The notes: generated by a model not told the origin, from the sequence alone. 64,000 bases of DNA from Euglena gracilis (GCA_039621445.1 CP154954.1:30446395-30510394), one strand, 5' to 3'. Counted from the first letter of the stretch, positions 1 through 13,600 are shown. Numbers and translations: made by a program.

Positions 1-398
1 TTGCCACAGGTTACAGAAAAAGGAAATCTAAAAAAAACCGTTCATTGCTTTCTTTTTAATTATTTAATCATGACATAAAAGGCTCCATTTTTTTTTGCAT
101 GATTGGTCAACTTCTCTCGGGAGGTCTCGGGTTTTTTTAATTGGAATTTCATTTTTTTGTTGGTTTAACACTTTTAAGAGGGCAAAGTTCGCCTCCCCAC
201 CTTTGCTCAGGACATTGTGTGCTCTTGACACAGCTAATTGCGCATTCATAAAACGGTTTGCTTTCGCCAAACCGGGATTAGATTGCTTTTTTGTGGCAAG
301 GGCCCCAGTCCTCTGCCTTCGCCGTTGGGTGGTTGCTCTTGACAGATGTGCTTTGTGGAATGAGGTGGGTAATTTTCATCCTTCTTCTCCCTGGCTTT

Positions 399-3300
399 GG
401 CAAGTGGGAAACGGGAGAGATGTTTCAGGATTACCTCTCGGCGATGCGTGAGGTGTGTTTGACCGGAAAACCCAAATGAGAATGATCATCAAACAAGCAA
501 TTGCTTTACAGTAAACATTCGCCTTCCCAAAATGTACTACCCTTGGCCAACACTAACCTTCCTCAAATTGGAATCCTGCCTGGGTTGATTTGGCACCTTT
601 AAGAAGCCTTTTATTGCAGACAAGTTTTTTAATGTGGTTTTGGTTGTGCATCCTCACGTTGACACAGCGATGTCTTGAATCAGCAAAAATTGCTGACACA
701 CCACACTCGGACCATTGCAAAAAAGTCCAACTGACATTGATGAGCAAGAGGAAAAGAAGAAGAAGAAGAAGAAGGGAAGAGAAGAGAAAGAAGAGAAGGA
801 GAAGAGAAGAGAAGAGATAGGAGAAGAGAAGAGAAGAGAAGAGAAGAGATTGCCTTCTGGCCTTTCTCTCGTGAAGAAAGTAATATAATTAATACTACTA
901 ATAATGTTAATATACTATATAATATCATAAATATATCTAATTAATATAATATTATAATTATAATATAATAGTAATATAATCTAATATATAAATATAACAT
1001 ATAATACTAGGAACGTGATATAGATTTCCTAATATCAATACTATATATATATATCTAACTCTATAATCTCAATATTAATGTATATACATATTCTAATAAT
1101 GTTGTATATCTATACTTTAAGTCATAATAATATAATATGTCATTATAAATCCTCTCCTCGCCTCTACTTTCCTCTCCTACCTCTATGTATACTCTCCTCG
1201 CCTCTCCAATAAATTATCCTTAGTAATCCCTCATAGTATAATATAATATAGTATATACCATCCCCTCATACTCTCTAATAATCAGATCACTCTAATATAA
1301 TCATGCTATAATGTAATATAATAGCCTATTTATAATATATGTATAATAGAAGCCCTGTCTGGCCTGAGAGGGCTTTCTTCTTCGACTGGTTCAAACCCCG
1401 CATTCCATTGCACCCCCACTAAATTGACATAGATCTCTTCCCGTCTCCATTTTTTTTTTGCGCATGGTTTGGGCCCACTTCTCTCGGGGGATTTTGGGGA
1501 TTATTTGTGTTATTTTTTATTGGTATTGAATTTATTTTTGTTGGTGTGTAACATTTTAAGGGGGCAAAGGTCACCTCCCCACCATTGCTCAGCACATCGT
1601 GTGCTCTTGGCACAGCTAATTGCACATTCATAAAACGGTTTGCCTTCGCCAAACCACAAACCCACGGCTGTGTTGCTTGTTGCTTGGCCAACCCGCGCTG
1701 ACCCGCCCTCCCCCGGCCCAGGCCTTCGGCGCGGGGCGGGCGGTGGAGTGGACGTTCCTGACGGCGCCCCACGCGGTGGGGGACGCGAAGGGCGGCTGCG
1801 AGTGGTGGGCGCTGCCCCCTGGCGTGCGGTCGTTCCAGGCGACGGAGTTCGGGGGCTTCGAGGAGTCCGCCCGGATGGTGGAGGAGGCGTGGCAGCACCA
1901 GGGCCCAGACGTCCGTGAAAGCCCCCCTTCCCCAATCAACGTGTGCCACCCCAGCGGAGCATCCTCGACAAACGCGTGTCCGCGAGCATGATTGCCCACC
2001 GCTGATTGTGGGATTTTGTTTGCCAGAAGGCACCCCACCAGGCTTGTTTTTTTTTTTACTCGTCAGACCCACCCGCCCCGGGGAAGGGTGGTTGGTTGGG
2101 GTTTGGACCCCCCCTAAGGAGGTCCAAGGGGGAGACCCTGGGTCTTATACCCTGCCCCTCCCCGGGGGGTCCAGCCTGTCAGCACATTCTTTTTTCAGGG
2201 TCCAGCGAAATAAAGTTGGGGCCAGCCCAGCCCAGCGCAGTCGGGTTAGGCCAAAAATTTGTAATTGAGAGTGTTTGTAAAAAGGCGCCAAATTTTAGGG
2301 TTTGGACATTTTGCAGGAGGGAAGAAAACGGCTGAAGGTTGGTTGAAAATCCTTACGCAGCCGGATTTGGGCCTTTTTATGCATGTTTTTGGGTGCCAGC
2401 TGGATCCAGCCCGGCAGATGGCGTCCCCCCCCTGAATCCCACCCCCCTGAGAAGGGGGTGTCAAGGCAGCACCGCACCTCGTTCCAGGCAGCACCGCACC
2501 TCTTTCCAGCTGGCCGGGGTACCCACGGGGGCCTTTAAGTAGTTTACTCACAGAGAGGACGACTTGGTGTCCGCCACACTTCAACATCGTCCATGAGGCA
2601 TTAGGGATCCCTTTTTTTATGCATATGATGGAGCGGACGCCTGCTTCGACCATTTGATGCCGTGCTGGGCTTCTCCCAGGGGGTATGCCTTTTCATCGGC
2701 TGAGTTTTGGATAATCCCCTTCTGACCACACAGTAATTAGCCTAGCCCATCGACATAGCTCATGTTTTGAAATTCGGTGAAAGAATTAGCATCTCAAAGA
2801 CACCAGACCAGGCACCCCAGGCCCATCGGACCCCACCAGGCCTGAATGGGGTTCATACCCTCATCCCCATCCTGGTGTGCAGGAGACCGCCCCACCCCCA
2901 CACTCACCCCTTCCCGTTTCTTTTCAGGGGCCCGATTTTGGATTTTGGTCACAGTTTTCTTTCGCAGTTTTCGGAGCCGAAGGAATTTTTGCTTGCGAAT
3001 TGTCATAGTGGGTGGGGGGGTCAAACCACCCCTCCCCCACAGGCCTCAGCATGCAGCACATCTTCCTTGTCAAAAAAATTTTCGGCGCAAAAGTGCCGGA
3101 CGGGAAAAGTCTGACCATTTGGGGGGTCCAGCATCCTATGGGAGGAGTGCTGTTGCGGTTGGGATAAGCCGAAATCAGGGTTTACTGTAGCACCCCAGCC
3201 CACACACAGAAGGAGGCTCTGCAAAACCTAAAGAAAATGCATGAGTATGGCACGAGTTTTTGATGGGCAACTTCTTTCCATCCTCCCTTTTGTTGCCCCC

Positions 3301-3669
3301 TCAGGCGATGCTCTTGGCAGTCCTGCTTGCTCGTGGGCTGAAGAATCAAAGCGTCGTGAACAGAGTTTTGTATTTAATTGGAGGAGATGCTTATCTTTCT
3401 TTGAAGCGTATAAAGATATTGGCAAAAAAGGTTTCAGATGCCTATCTTTTTAAAATGTTGTTTTATATTTTGGTAGGATTTCAAGACTTTTGTGGTTGGC
3501 TTATTTAGATTGGTATATGTAGCCTGCAATATCAAATTTCCAGACCAGCATCGAAAGTCGTGCTATGTACGCATCCATGTGTGTACGAATGGGTGCATGC
3601 GTGTGCATGTATGTATGTGTGCATGTATGCATGTATGTATGGATGTATGTATTCGTGTATGTATTCGTG

Positions 3670-3703
<34 letters not shown>

Positions 3704-4092
3704 TGTATGTATGTATGTATGTATGTATGTATGTATGTATGTATGTATGTATGCAATGCAATGCAATGCAATGCAATGCAACGCAATGCAACGCAATGCA
3801 ATGCAATGTTATGCAATGCAACGCAATGCAACGCAATGCAATGTAATGTTATGCAATGTAATGTAATGTAATGAAATGTAATGTAATGTAATGTAATGTA
3901 ATGTAATGTAATGCAATGCAATGCAATGCAACGCAATGCAACGCAATGCAATGCAATGTTATGCAATGCAACGCAATGCAACGCAATGCAATGTAATGTT
4001 ATGCAATGTAATGTAATGTAATGTAATGTAATGTAATGTAATGTAATGTAATGTAATGTAATGTAATGTATGTATGTATGTATGTATGTATG

Positions 4093-4126
<34 letters not shown>

Positions 4127-4381
4127 TGTATGTATGTATGTATGTATGTATGTATGTATGTATGTATGTATGTATGTATGCAATGCAATGCAATGCAATG
4201 CAATGCAACGCAATGCAACGCAATGCAATGCAATGTTATGCAATGCAACGCAATGCAACGCAATGCAATGTAATGTTATGCAATGTAATGTAATGTAATG
4301 AAATGAAATGTAATGTAATGTAATGTAATGTAATGTAATGTAATGTATGTATGTATGTATGTATGTATGTATGTATGTATG

Positions 4382-4415
<34 letters not shown>

Positions 4416-6138
4416 TGTATGTATGTATGTATGTATGTATGTATGTATGTATGTATGTATGTATGTATGTATGTATGTATGTGAGTGTATGTATGTGTGT
4501 ATGTACGCATGTGCATATGTATATATGTATGTGTGTGTGCGTGTTCTTAACAATTTATGTGATTCTTTTTTTGGTGGATTGCGTTAATTTGAGTTTCATT
4601 TTATTGCTGGACAGGATTTTTTGACAGAAAATATGTAATTTCCAGTTAAGCAAAACACAACAAAATTGATTTTTGGTTCTGATATCACCTGAGGTTTTTC
4701 CTATCAATGATTTCTATGCAGAGATGAGCCCATGTTTGGCGGTCACTTCAAAGCCCCTTAGGCCGTTTAAAAAATTGGGGGGTTTAGTTGTCCTTTTTTG
4801 CAGCTAAATTTGTTGCTTCCCTGCTCAAATTCGACATTTTTAAAGCTTCTTGGAAGCACATCTGAGGTTCCATTTCGGGTGCGAGAGCCAAAAGTGCCAT
4901 TTTGTGCACTTTTTGGGCAAAAAATTCTCAAAAATGAAAAAAACAATGAAGCAAAAAGCGCCGGAAGGAAAATTTTGACCTTTTTGGGTGGGGTCCATCC
5001 CCCTCCCCCCTGGGTTGGTCCGGACCCCCCTCCGGTTTGGGGAGGGACACCCTCCTTATATCGAACCCTGCCCAATCAAATGTGCAAATAAAGCCCTGGC
5101 ACTAAAACCAACCCGAGCGATGCTGTTTGGATCGGCGTGGCCCAATCCATATGGTGACACGGTGACAGGCGTGGCCGACCTGGGGGATGTGCTGAAGGAA
5201 GGCCAGGGTTGACTGACCTAACCGCTTTGTCCTGCAGACCCCCTTTCTTTTCACCTGTTTTGATGACGATAAACTTGACATGCAAAAAATTCTAAATAAA
5301 CACAATTATTTGTTCTTCCTGAATTGTTCGCCATTCTGTTTTGGCCGGTTGGGATTTGCGTTGGTATTTGTGATGAAATCTGTGTTGTGATTTGTGTTGG
5401 GATTTGTGTTGAAATTTGTGTTGGGATTTGCGTTGGCGTTTATGTTGAAATTTGTGTTGGGATTTGCGTTGGCGTTTATGTTGAAATTTGTGTTGGGATT
5501 TGCGTTGGCGTTTATGTTGAAATTTGTGTTGGGATTTTTTTTTGGGATCTTGTTGGGATCCGAAGGGTTACCCCCATTTAGTACCTTTTCCCAGCTGGTT
5601 GGCTGGACCCCCTTGGGGGTTAACTCATGGTGGGGGGTTAAGAATTTCCCTGTATGGCATTCCCAGGGTCCTTTTTCACACCAGGCTTATAATCGTTGCA
5701 AACAGCTGCCCACCGCACCTTTCTTGCGCGCACTTCGCATTCTCCGTCAGCCATGAGGGCGGTTCCCTGAGGACGCTGCATGTGTACTCCCTGCAGGATC
5801 CGGTATCTCCCAGCCCCGCCCTGTTGGATGCGCGAAGGCATGGCGGTGTGGTGACGACAACAAGCCATTGTGGCAGCAGTGGCTCCCCACAACGCTAACG
5901 CGACGGCGGCTGCGTGCTGGGAGAGTGAGGACATCGTGGAGTATGGGTGCATCCCGCGCCGCCTGTCTTGGGCCCTTTCTCTGCAACGTACCTGCAGGTC
6001 AACCCGGGGGCGATGGCTGCGCGGGTGGCGGACTGCTACGGGCCCGCGGCGGAGCGGTGGGTGCACGACGCCCCCGCCCACATCGTGCCGCAGACGCCCG
6101 CCGATCTCCAGCGCTACATCCAATTCCTGGGCCTGTGA
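399..6138 (+). CDS. FSH1/OVCA2 (DUF341) family serine hydrolase, multi-exon, 5'-partial
   Basis: Exons 399-452, 1722-1902, 2648-2682, 3305-3357, 5104-5200, 5761-5802 and 5998-6138 join in frame: GKWETGEMFQDYLSAMRE-AFGAGRAVEWTFLTAPHAV...WWAL...GPFDAVLGFSQGAMLLAVL...KPTRAMLFGSAW...LRTLHVYSLQDPVNP...VHDAPAHIVP...FLGL*. Nucleophile GFSQG, Asp (QDPV) and His (AHIVP) are in FSH1 order. The first exon is not in the window. Confidence 0.85.
745..850. repeat. (GAA)n/(GAAGA)n purine tract
   Basis: Direct reading. Confidence 0.9.
1420..1660 (+). repeat. Dispersed repeat, copy of ~60-275
   Basis: Shared GGCAAAG.TC.CCTCCCC...GCTAATTGC.CATTCATAAAACGGTTTGC; both copies lie in introns of the FSH1-like gene. 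Confidence 0.8.
1903..2647 (+). other. Nonconventional hairpin intron (FSH1-like gene)
   Basis: No GT-AG. Stem CAGACGTCCG (1906) / CGGACGCCTG (to 2643). Removal gives Q-G-P-F-D. Spacing is 3+4 and the boundary can slide by 1. Confidence 0.8.
3358..5103 (+). other. Nonconventional hairpin intron
   Basis: gaaCAGAGTTTT...AAAGCCCTGgcact, with CAG at +4 and CTG at -8. Removal gives NQSVVKPTRAML. Contains a microsatellite array. Confidence 0.65.
3590..4540. repeat. Compound microsatellite (TATG)n/(AATGC)n/(AATGT)n with higher-order repeat
   Basis: Direct reading; blocks recur in the same order two to three times. Confidence 0.95.
5201..5760 (+). other. Nonconventional hairpin intron
   Basis: ggcCAGGGTTGAC...GTCAGCCATGagggc, with CA at +4/+5 and TG at -7/-6. 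Removal gives LKEGSLRTLH. Confidence 0.75.
5350..5535. repeat. 36-bp tandem repeat (GTTGAAATTTGTGTTGGGATTTGCGTTGGCGTTTAT, about 3.5 copies)
   Basis: Direct reading; lies inside intron 5201-5760. Confidence 0.9.
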
Positions 6139-6545
6139 CGCCCACCGCGACGTGCTCAACCTGTGCCTCTCAGCTGCAGCGTGTGGAGGTGCATAAACAT
6201 CCATTTTTCTGTATATTATGTGTATATTGCGCCTCTTTGCCCCCTCGCACAGCACTTTTCTTCTTCTTTCCGCACTCTTTTTCTGCTGTCTGTTTGCTTT
6301 TATAATTTCCTGCATTTTTTTTTCAGTCCTCGCCTGGATGTGGAAGCCCTGAGCAGGCTTCTGCTTAAGAAATTGTGGTGCCTCCAGGGGGAACTGCAGC
6401 TGGTCCAAAATCAGGGATCTGTTAGGCGTTGGGGAGAAGTTCTTGACCCCCAACCCAAAATGCCCTAAATGCCCATTTTTTGGCTTTTTGGGGGGGAAAA
6501 GCAACCAACAAAAATCTTTAAATGTTTCAGCTCCCCCCCCCAACG

Positions 6546-6890
6546 CAGGGTATTAAGTGGGTTCTGACTGGTTTTTGGCTCCAGCCCCCCCCCCAGTGGG
6601 CGGGGTCGCCAGGAATGGCTGAAAGTGACCACCTGGCGCCAAAAGGCCAATTTTGGGGGTGATTTTCCACCAAAATTCTTTGATTTTTGGCCATTTTTGG
6701 CCGACCGGCCAAAATGACCAACCCCTGCCCCCCCCCCCCCCCCGGGGGAAGGGGGGGACTGGTTTTTGAAAAGTGACTGACAGGTTTTTTTGAAAGTGGA
6801 AAGTGACCCCCCAGGGGAGGTCAGTAAGCAATGGTATGGTTCCGGCCTGGGGGGGAAGACCCTCCTCCTCCCCGTTCACTCAATACCCTG
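6546..6890. mobile_element. hAT-like MITE (TIR CAGGGTATTRAGTG), TSD decayed
   Basis: 14-bp inverted repeat with 1 mismatch; GC-run-rich interior. Confidence 0.6.
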
Positions 6891-7633
6891 CCTCCGAGAG
6901 GGAGTTCTAGCTGGTGAACTGTCTTCAGCTCAGTCCAGTGGACCCCATGGGCCTCGGGCAAAGCTGAGTAAACCTTTTAGAAGGAGCCGAGACAAGGATT
7001 TCAAGTAAGTTTGAAGGAAGCATCAGCAAGCAAGGAACATCAGCAAGCTTGCATGCACACGGAGCTGCACACATTACCACCAATGGCGAAAGAGGGTTTC
7101 ACAAAAGAAAGTGCATGGAACCGTTTCAACAAAAAACAGCAGAACCATTTTGAGTTCAGGAATTTGTGAAAATGAATCATGAAGACCCGATCTCACAACT
7201 GAAAGAGAGAATCTTGCGAACCAAGGCTTTGGTGCATTGGCGCAAGAGCATATTTGAAGGCAGAGCTGACCCCCCTGCCTGTCAGGCATAACTATTTTTG
7301 AAGGCGGAAAATTTCAAAAAAAATTAGGGTTTTAAGGGTTTTTTTTGCGGGCATTTGAGAAATTTTATGAAGCAATAAGGTGTCTATTTTCCAAGGGCGG
7401 TCAAAGAGCTGGTTCTTTTTTTTACTCGAAATTCGAAAAATTTTCCGGGGTGTATTTTTTGCGGATTTTTAAGGGTTTTTCAGGTTTTTAAGGCGCCTTT
7501 AAAATCATGCCTGCTGCCTGTTGGGAGTAAATTCTGGATGACCCCCAACTCGGAGGGGCACAACCTTCGGCTCGGTGCGGCCCCATTGGGAAGGAGGGGG
7601 CTCTTCCCCGCGGTGTTCCCCCCAGGGCCCCCC

Positions 7634-10600
7634 ATGGGCCGCTGCGGCGTCGCAGCGCTCCTGGTGGCCCTCTTTTCAGTGCTCTTCTGCCCCGGGGCCT
7701 CGGGGGCAGCCGTCTGTTTCAGGAAGGCACGCCCCCCCCCCAAGACTTGGGTGGCATGAGAAGGGAGGGGCACAGGCAGGGGATCCCCCTTTCAAGGAGG
7801 GCCAGCTTTTCGGGCTTTGGAGGTTATTGTGGTGCAGTGTACCCCTGGCTCCCCGCACCCAACCAACGGTTAGATTGCCAAACTAAAATTTTCTTTATGT
7901 TTTTACCGCCCGTAGATCGTGTTGTTATGGGTGGTCATGCACACAGACACGCTTTTTCCCCGCCACAGTTATCGGCCCGGTCAGTTTCCTGGATTTAATT
8001 AAAGAAGCAGCCCCCTTTTCAGTCCCTTTGATATCGGTGTCATTTTTCACCCCGGTTTTTCATATTTTTTTTCCACTCTGTGGCGGCGCAGGGTGCTTGA
8101 AGGCCCATTCTCATGGGAAATATGGTGTGTGGCTCCGGCCAGCCATGACCAACCCCCGAAACCATCGAAGGCAGGCACCCCGTAATGCAAGGGTGACACT
8201 CCCCGGCTGGGAAACAGAAGCCTGTTCGGGGGTGGGCGACGACTGCCTGGCGACCCGGCGGGTGGTGGTGTTCGGGGACTCGCTGAGCAGTATCGACGCG
8301 GGGCGGGTGTATTCGGTGGCCCGGAAGAGCAATGGCAAGTTGTGGGCCAGGGAGACCCGGGGGTGGGTGGAGGGCGTCCTTGTGGGTCTGCCAGCGGCCC
8401 GGGGACATGAATGTGTGACGTTTCTGCTCTTCCGCAACATATGTTCCCAAAGGTTTGGATGGTGGTAATGTCGTGTTCACACCGTAAGAACCAGGGCTGC
8501 CTGTGCTGGAGTTTTTTCTACGAATGACCACAACACGCTGAAGACATCTGACTAAAAGTGGAAAATCTGATATTCCCCATCATTTTCTTTTTCCCCCTCG
8601 GAATAGCACTGGAAGGTTCGGTTCCTATGCCCCGAGCCTGAGAAGATTTTTCTGGCAACGTATGACAATGGTGGTCTATTTACTCCTGCTGGTTTACACT
8701 TTCCCGGGTGTCGTCCAAACTTTCTTTTTGAGAAAGAACAATTATCGGTCAAAAAAAAAAAGAGAAAGAGGCATTCCCTCCAATCTTGACCCTTGTTTGT
8801 TCGTGGTAACTTTAAAGAGCAAACAAATAAAATCAATAAAATAAAATAAAGAAAACGCGCTTGAGTTCTGCATCCAGCTCAGGGGTGTGAGACACTTTTT
8901 TGGGGAGGGTTGGGTCGGCCCCCCACCGCTGGGGCGTCGGGTCTCCCTGCCACCGGTGGAGTATGCCGACCTGCCCATGCTGACGGACCTCGCGCTGGCC
9001 GGGGCCACGGCCACCGTGCAGTGCGCAGGGTGGGTCTTCAGGATTTTTATTATTGACGGCCGCCCTTGTGGACCACCCTTGAGGACCGCCCTCGAAAGCC
9101 GGCCAACAGCTGGTGTGGGGCCCGAACGGGGTCGAAAACGAAGGGAAAAAAAAGTGAAAAAAAATCTTTTCTTTTGGATGGGCGATGGCACGAAGATGCG
9201 ATAAACCAACCCTGTTGTCGACCTGCTTTCGCCGAGGAAAGGTCGATTTCCCGCTGCTTTGGAATGTGTTGAAACACGGGTTTCCCTCGTCAAGGATTAC
9301 CCTGGCCGCACGCCTCCGCCGCCATCTCCGCCACGGCGCCGCTCAGGCACAGCCCTTGGGCTGGGACCGACCCCCTCCCCCTCCCTCCGCCGACCCGTTG
9401 GCTGCGGCTTCAGCGGATCATGCCAGGCCCTCCTGCCCGAGAACACGGCCGTGTCCCTGTCAGCTGCTTCAGCACCGCTCTTTTTTTCCTGGTGCCGGGT
9501 CAGTACTGCCCAGCTCTGGGTGAGGTGTCTGCTGGGGCCCCCCCCGCGATGTGCCGTCAGCCGCGCCGTCCCCAACCCCCGCCGAGCCCTCTCCGGCCAG
9601 CTGCAGCAGTACCTGTCTGCCAGCCCCCCGGACTTGAACTCCAGTCACCCCGCCTCTTTCACCGCCTGCCCGGACAGCTGGGGCTGTAACCCTGGCACCT
9701 CGAGGCGGGGGGGGGGGCGAAAAAGTTGGTTCCGGTCACCTGGCACCCTGCCGGGTTATTTGGGGTGATTGCAATTCCTCTCTTCCCATTGGGCATCCCA
9801 CTTCTGGTATTGTGCGCCGGTCTGCCCACAGGTGTGTAATTTGGACCGCCATGGGTTGGATTTGGGCATTTGGTGCCGTGCCACCCAACCACCCAGCCGA
9901 CCGGTCAGGTCGCAGTCCTGGGGGGGGGGTCAGATTTGAAGCCCCACCAAACCCCCCACCCATCCATTGAAAAGAATACGATGAGGCTATGCTCAAGAAT
10001 TTTCAAGGGCTAGGGAATTCTAAGTTGATCGTATAAGCCCCCCCCCCCGGTTTCCATAAGGTGACAAAATTTGCGGTCAGAAAAGGGGGTTTTATTGGAC
10101 AGCGGTCTCCAAAAAAGGCCACATTCCACTCATGGCTTCGAACAGGGGTGGAACAACCAGGGTGTTTGTTGGGCGCGGGGTGTACGCACTCATTCAATTA
10201 GAAGTTCCCCACAACCTCACGGAGGAACAGCCTTGCATTGCATGCGAAATGACATCTTTTACGTCAGTCCATTCATCCCATGGCCTTCAGAATTCCATCC
10301 TGGTCACACTGAAGTCGCTGTCAGTAATGTACAATCCAAAGGCGAGCAACGTTGACGACCTTGCACCTTCCCGACCCTGTCTGGTCCAGGGGTCAACCCT
10401 TATAAGGTCAAGTATTTTTTGGGCCACAATTTTCGCCAAAACAGTGTCCCAAAAGCACATGTCGCTCAATTTTGGATTTGGCGGGGGTCAGGCTTCACTT
10501 GGCCCTGCAACCTTTCGGGAAAGGGTCTTCTCCCCACTAAACTGAGGGGGTGAGTCCAGCGAAAGGCGGGTGCGGCCAGCTGCTTCGTCGTCTTCATCGG

Positions 10601-13600
10601 GCAGAACGACATCAGCTACACCGCGGGGCAGCTGCTCAAGAGCAACTCCGACGCGGCCGTCATCATCGTGAACATCCTCACGGACATCGTGGGGGCGGTG
10701 GCCCGGCTGGCGGCACGGGGGTGTGCGCCGCCCCAACACGCAAACGGCCCACCGCGCCGTGCGAGATGGGCGGCCACCCAACTTCACTGGTTGGCCCATC
10801 TCGCACTTAAGCTTTTTTGGTCGATGTGCGCATTTTCGCACATCGACCAAATTTTTAATTGGGCGCCGGCATAACAAGGGGCGAGAACGAGAGGGAGCAA
10901 GATTGGACAAAATACGGGCGATTTCTCATTTTTGGGCACCGGCTCTCCGGGGAATTGCATGTTTTTTTGCCGTTTTTTTTTTTGAAGTCGGAATGGCGAA
11001 GACCCCCAGACCTATCCCCCCAAAGTGAAAAAAACACCGACAAAAACACCAAAACCCTGGTACTGCAACCCCCCATTTTGTGCGATGCGGCTCTGCTCGC
11101 CGGTTGTTGGCGGCCCTGGCTGGCTCTCTCTGGGGGTTTTGGCGCACTGTTTTGTTTTTGCAAGCCTCGGTCTTGTGTTCTTGGATGTTTGCCGGAGGGC
11201 GGGGAACAAGGATGGGGGGGGTTAGGGTGGGTCTAATCGCGTCACTGGACAGGGACACAGAAAGGAAGGTGTGCCTGGGGAAGGTTGCCTGGGGATTTTG
11301 CAGGTGAAGGGAAAGTGGTTTTAAGGGGAGGGAAGGGTCGCACGTCCTCACCGAACTTACAGTGGGGATATGTCCCGCCAAATTGTGTCGTGATGAAACG
11401 GGAGAGGGTATCACACAAATTTCAATGGAGTGATATATTACAGCCATATTTAGAAAAGGAATAATGTCGATGTGCGCAATTTCGCACATCGACCATTCAA
11501 TGGTTCCCCTGAAGAACGACCATAAACACCACAGAATTCGTTTTGCTGAATGCGGTGCGACAAATACCAATGAGTTTGGGACAGAAGATGGGGTCGCTTT
11601 GTGCAAATGCGCACACCGTCAATGTGTGCGCATTTGCGCAAACCGACCCCGTGTGTATTTGTGAAAGGGATGCGAACAAGTATCATGGCACATAAACAGG
11701 CCTCGCTGCCTTGAGTCTTTTGACACAACAATAGCTGGAAGGGCCTACGACGATTGCCTTGAAAACAGACAGAAATGCAAGGAAAAAACACATGTACCAA
11801 GTACCAGGTCGGAATGAAAAAAGTGGTCGGTTTGCGCAAATGCGCACATGGTCGGCGTGACACATTTTCACAAACCGACCACGGGCATAAAGATGGACGT
11901 CGTCGGAGTGCAAAATGGTGACACCACGATGTGCACACCGACCACGATAGCAAAATTTCGGACAACACATCAAACACGACCCCAGACATCACCAGCAGTG
12001 GCTGCTTCGGTGTGCAATTTCAGCTGCCACACACCTCCACCACGAGCTTTTTTCAGGGCCGATTCTTGCCCAGTGACAGGTCCAGGTCCATTTGGAGACT
12101 GCAGACCTCTAGTAGATGGTCCGCCGCTGGCACGTCGTGGCACACGTGTAACGGCGCCGCTTGGGCAAGGGGTGGCCCTCGAAAACCCCCACCACTTGCC
12201 CCATGGCTTGTGTTTTGCTGCAAAAGTCACATCAGGTGATGATAGGTGGTTGCATTTAAGCATCCACAAGGCTGTCATTAACCCCCCTGGTTCAGCAGCA
12301 GCCATCGAGGTGGCATTGTTATCCCCCACAACCGGGACGGGGGGCGGGCATGCTGCGGGTCGATGGAAACAATAGTAAATGGGAGCGTCTTAAATGTGGC
12401 CACAAAGCTCACTGTTTTGGAGGGAGAGAATATTTAATGTTTACACCTGGTTGAGTTGCGTGAAAGTATTGGGCCTCGGCACCCTGATGTTGTGTACAAA
12501 AACTGGTGTGCTGCATGTTTTCTGAGGGAAAAACGAGGCATCCGTGTGGTAAGAATGGAAAAACAATTCCCGGCCGAGGCATCAGGAAGATTACACATGC
12601 GTAATTTTGCAATTTTGGAAGTCGTTATTTTTGATGAAAGTGTCCAGCAATCACGGGGGGTTGCGCGTCATCAATTCCTCCTGCGCAACTTCCAAACTGA
12701 TGACGTGAAAACGATTGGTTGTGCGGGTTGGAAATAAGACATTGAAACCTGCCTATGGAGCAGACAAACTTTTTCCTGTCATAGAGCGTGTTCTTTACAT
12801 TTCGCTTTACCAAAAACCAGATTTCGTCACCACACTTCAAAAGTTTGTCGTCCACAATGGTCGGTATGTGCAAACGTGCACATCAACTGTTAAGGACGAA
12901 GAGCACACCATAATACGGAGGTAAAACAAAGGTAACCCCCCCAAATATAAAGCCCCCCCAGGGGGTTTGGTTTTGCCGCCTAAATGTAAAGCCCCCCCTG
13001 ACGTGGAGCCAGACGCTGGTGTCATTCAAGAAAAAGTTTGAATTTTTGGGTGGATACAATATTTTCCTCTCCAGAGATGCTGCATTTGGGATAAGAATTG
13101 CACATTTCTGCGAAAAATTGGAGGTACACAACGAAAATATGGCATAAAATTGGTATTTGGCCACAATCGAAGGCCGTTGAAGGTCATAGAGGCCACCCAA
13201 AAAAGTTTGATTCCCCCCCAAATATAAAGCCCCCCCAAATATGAAGCCCTCCCTGAGGGTATTGAAATCCTGTCCAAATGTAAAGCCCCCCCCCCCGGCT
13301 TTATATTTGGTGGGGGGTTTATATTTATTAGCCACCGTTCTTTGTCGCACATTGCAAACAGCACCCCTTCAAAACCCTTGCCCGAACCTTTTCTTCCAGA
13401 GCCAAGAAAAGGCAGGTGTTGTGTTTCATGTGGCAATATAAAAAATGTGGAGGATATTTCACAAATTCCAGCCCCGGATCCCCCCTCCCCCCCTATCCCC
13501 CCCAGAGGGGTCCAGCCAGCAGCTCATTTCCAGCCAGCAGCCTTTTTGCCAGCTGGACCCCCCCCCGGGGGTCCTTAAGAAAACCCCTGTGGGGTCACTA

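Noticed and set aside
880-1350. Very AT-rich irregular tract, a possible organellar insert
   Set aside because: No gene signal. It is low-complexity and follows a microsatellite, so it resembles long-read basecalling noise.
3492-4624. ORFs rich in MYVC/HTYI/ITLHY
   Set aside because: These are microsatellite translations.
4722-4742. Possible micro-exon DEPMFG in the FSH1-like gene
   Set aside because: It is not needed: 3358-5103 has paired ends and restores the frame.
5350-5535. 36-bp repeats as a CRISPR array
   Set aside because: The repeats are head-to-tail with no unique spacers, there are no cas genes, and the context is a eukaryotic intron.
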